A stretch of 43,545 nucleotides of DNA from Bigelowiella natans CCMP2755 (Eukaryota; Protista; Cercozoa). The notes beneath the pieces were generated by a model that was not told where the DNA came from, searched no databases, and was given only the letters and a program-made list of their open reading frames with translations. Both the position numbers and the translations under genes were made by a program. The stretch is taken from the NCBI GenBank assembly GCA_000320545.1, contig ADNK01000262.1, positions 1 to 43,545 of the forward strand. Direction: 5' to 3'. Positions 42,559 to 43,545 of the stretch are shown here, piece after piece; positions within the stretch are counted from its first letter, which is position 1, and each line of letters opens with the position of its first letter.

Positions 42559-42727
42559 AATATATACACGCACTAAAATCCATGCGAAACGAAGGCCGTC
42601 TGCGGCAGCAGCTTCGGAACAATAACCGTCATTTCATAGGTAAATAATCACCCGCACAGCGATGTAGCGCTCATTTTTCTTGTCGTAAAGAACGAAGGAG
42701 AACATTCCTGAGGAGCACACATTCACG

Positions 42728-42766
<39 letters not shown>

Positions 42767-43191
42767 TATATATTTGTGCATATAATCGTTATATTATAGT
42801 GATATATTATCTGTGTGGAAGAGAGAGAGAAAGTAAAGAGAGATATTTTATAATGGCCGTTCTTCTGGTCCCTTATTAACGCATACAGCAAACAGCTACA
42901 CACCTCGCAACTTGTTGATGAACTCTACCCCGTATTCTTGGTACAGAGGAATAATAACCTGGAGGAGGGGGGAGAGAACATCAAAAGAGTGAAGAAACGT
43001 TCGATTGGAAATAATACGCTGCTGCTGCTGCTGCTACTGCTTCGATTTGTGAGATGAACGAATGCTACTTGATTGGTTGCCAACAAGAAAATTTGACAAA
43101 ATATGTCAAAACATGCCAAAACAGGAAAAAACTATCAGTGCGCTATAATAACGAGGATTCTATAGTAAAATCGTAGCAAAAGTGCTAGTGA

Positions 43192-43227
<36 letters not shown>

Positions 43228-43375
43228 TGGTAGTTTGTCAGTAGTGGTAGCATCTCCATCATCACCACCATCTTCTCACCTCACAATCTGAATCTGTTTT
43301 GAAGTCGTATGAAGACTTGAGCTCCCCACGAAGCTCTTTGTGATTGTAGATCTCGCCGTTCACTGAGAGAACTAT
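38062..43375 (-). CDS. asnB: Asparagine synthetase, glutamine-hydrolysing (AsnB type); 5' part beyond the window; two 1-nt gaps in one exon
   Basis: Exons [141 protein letters not shown], ending EKE*. Confidence 0.96.
41957..42024 (+). repeat. 34-bp tandem duplication in an asnB intron
   Basis: gatttaaggatgatttaatgac(a/g)agatgaa(g/t)gat, two copies. Confidence 0.85.
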
Positions 43376-43545
43376 CTAACTCCGTTGAAACATTTCACGA
43401 CAAAATAGCAAGAGTGAGGATGGGGGGTGGAGGACGGAGAGAGTGACACATCGTGGTATTGTATTGTTGCGATGATGATTACAATTGTCATGATCAAGGT
43501 GAAAAAGAAAACGACGGCCCTCTCTCTCTCTCTCTCTCTCTCTCT

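Overview
Intron-rich eukaryotic (protist-like) nuclear DNA, standard code, GT-AG introns, many filled with microsatellites. The style resembles chlorarachniophyte/Rhizaria genomes, but this is an unverified guess. Manual splicing gives 12 protein genes: myristoylated ankyrin-repeat protein (-, 3'-truncated), kinesin-14 (-), Cys-rich EF-hand protein (+), meiotic HOP2 (-), coiled-coil/degenerate EF-hand protein (+), WGR+WWE protein with no PARP catalytic domain (-), FANCI (+), WDR54-like (-), psq-like HTH + C2H2 zinc-finger protein (+), small secreted two-repeat protein (-), intronless purple acid phosphatase (+) and asparagine synthetase B (-, 5'-truncated). Five head-to-head pairs share short promoters. 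Every 3' spacer is loaded with short palindromic words (CTAG/GCTAGC/CATG/TGCA). The most notable items are the catalytic-less WGR-WWE gene 189 bp from FANCI in a meiosis/repair-rich neighbourhood, the palindrome-rich terminator tracts, single-G frame breaks in two genes, and a bacterial-looking phosphatase. Exon boundaries were read by eye and are approximate.
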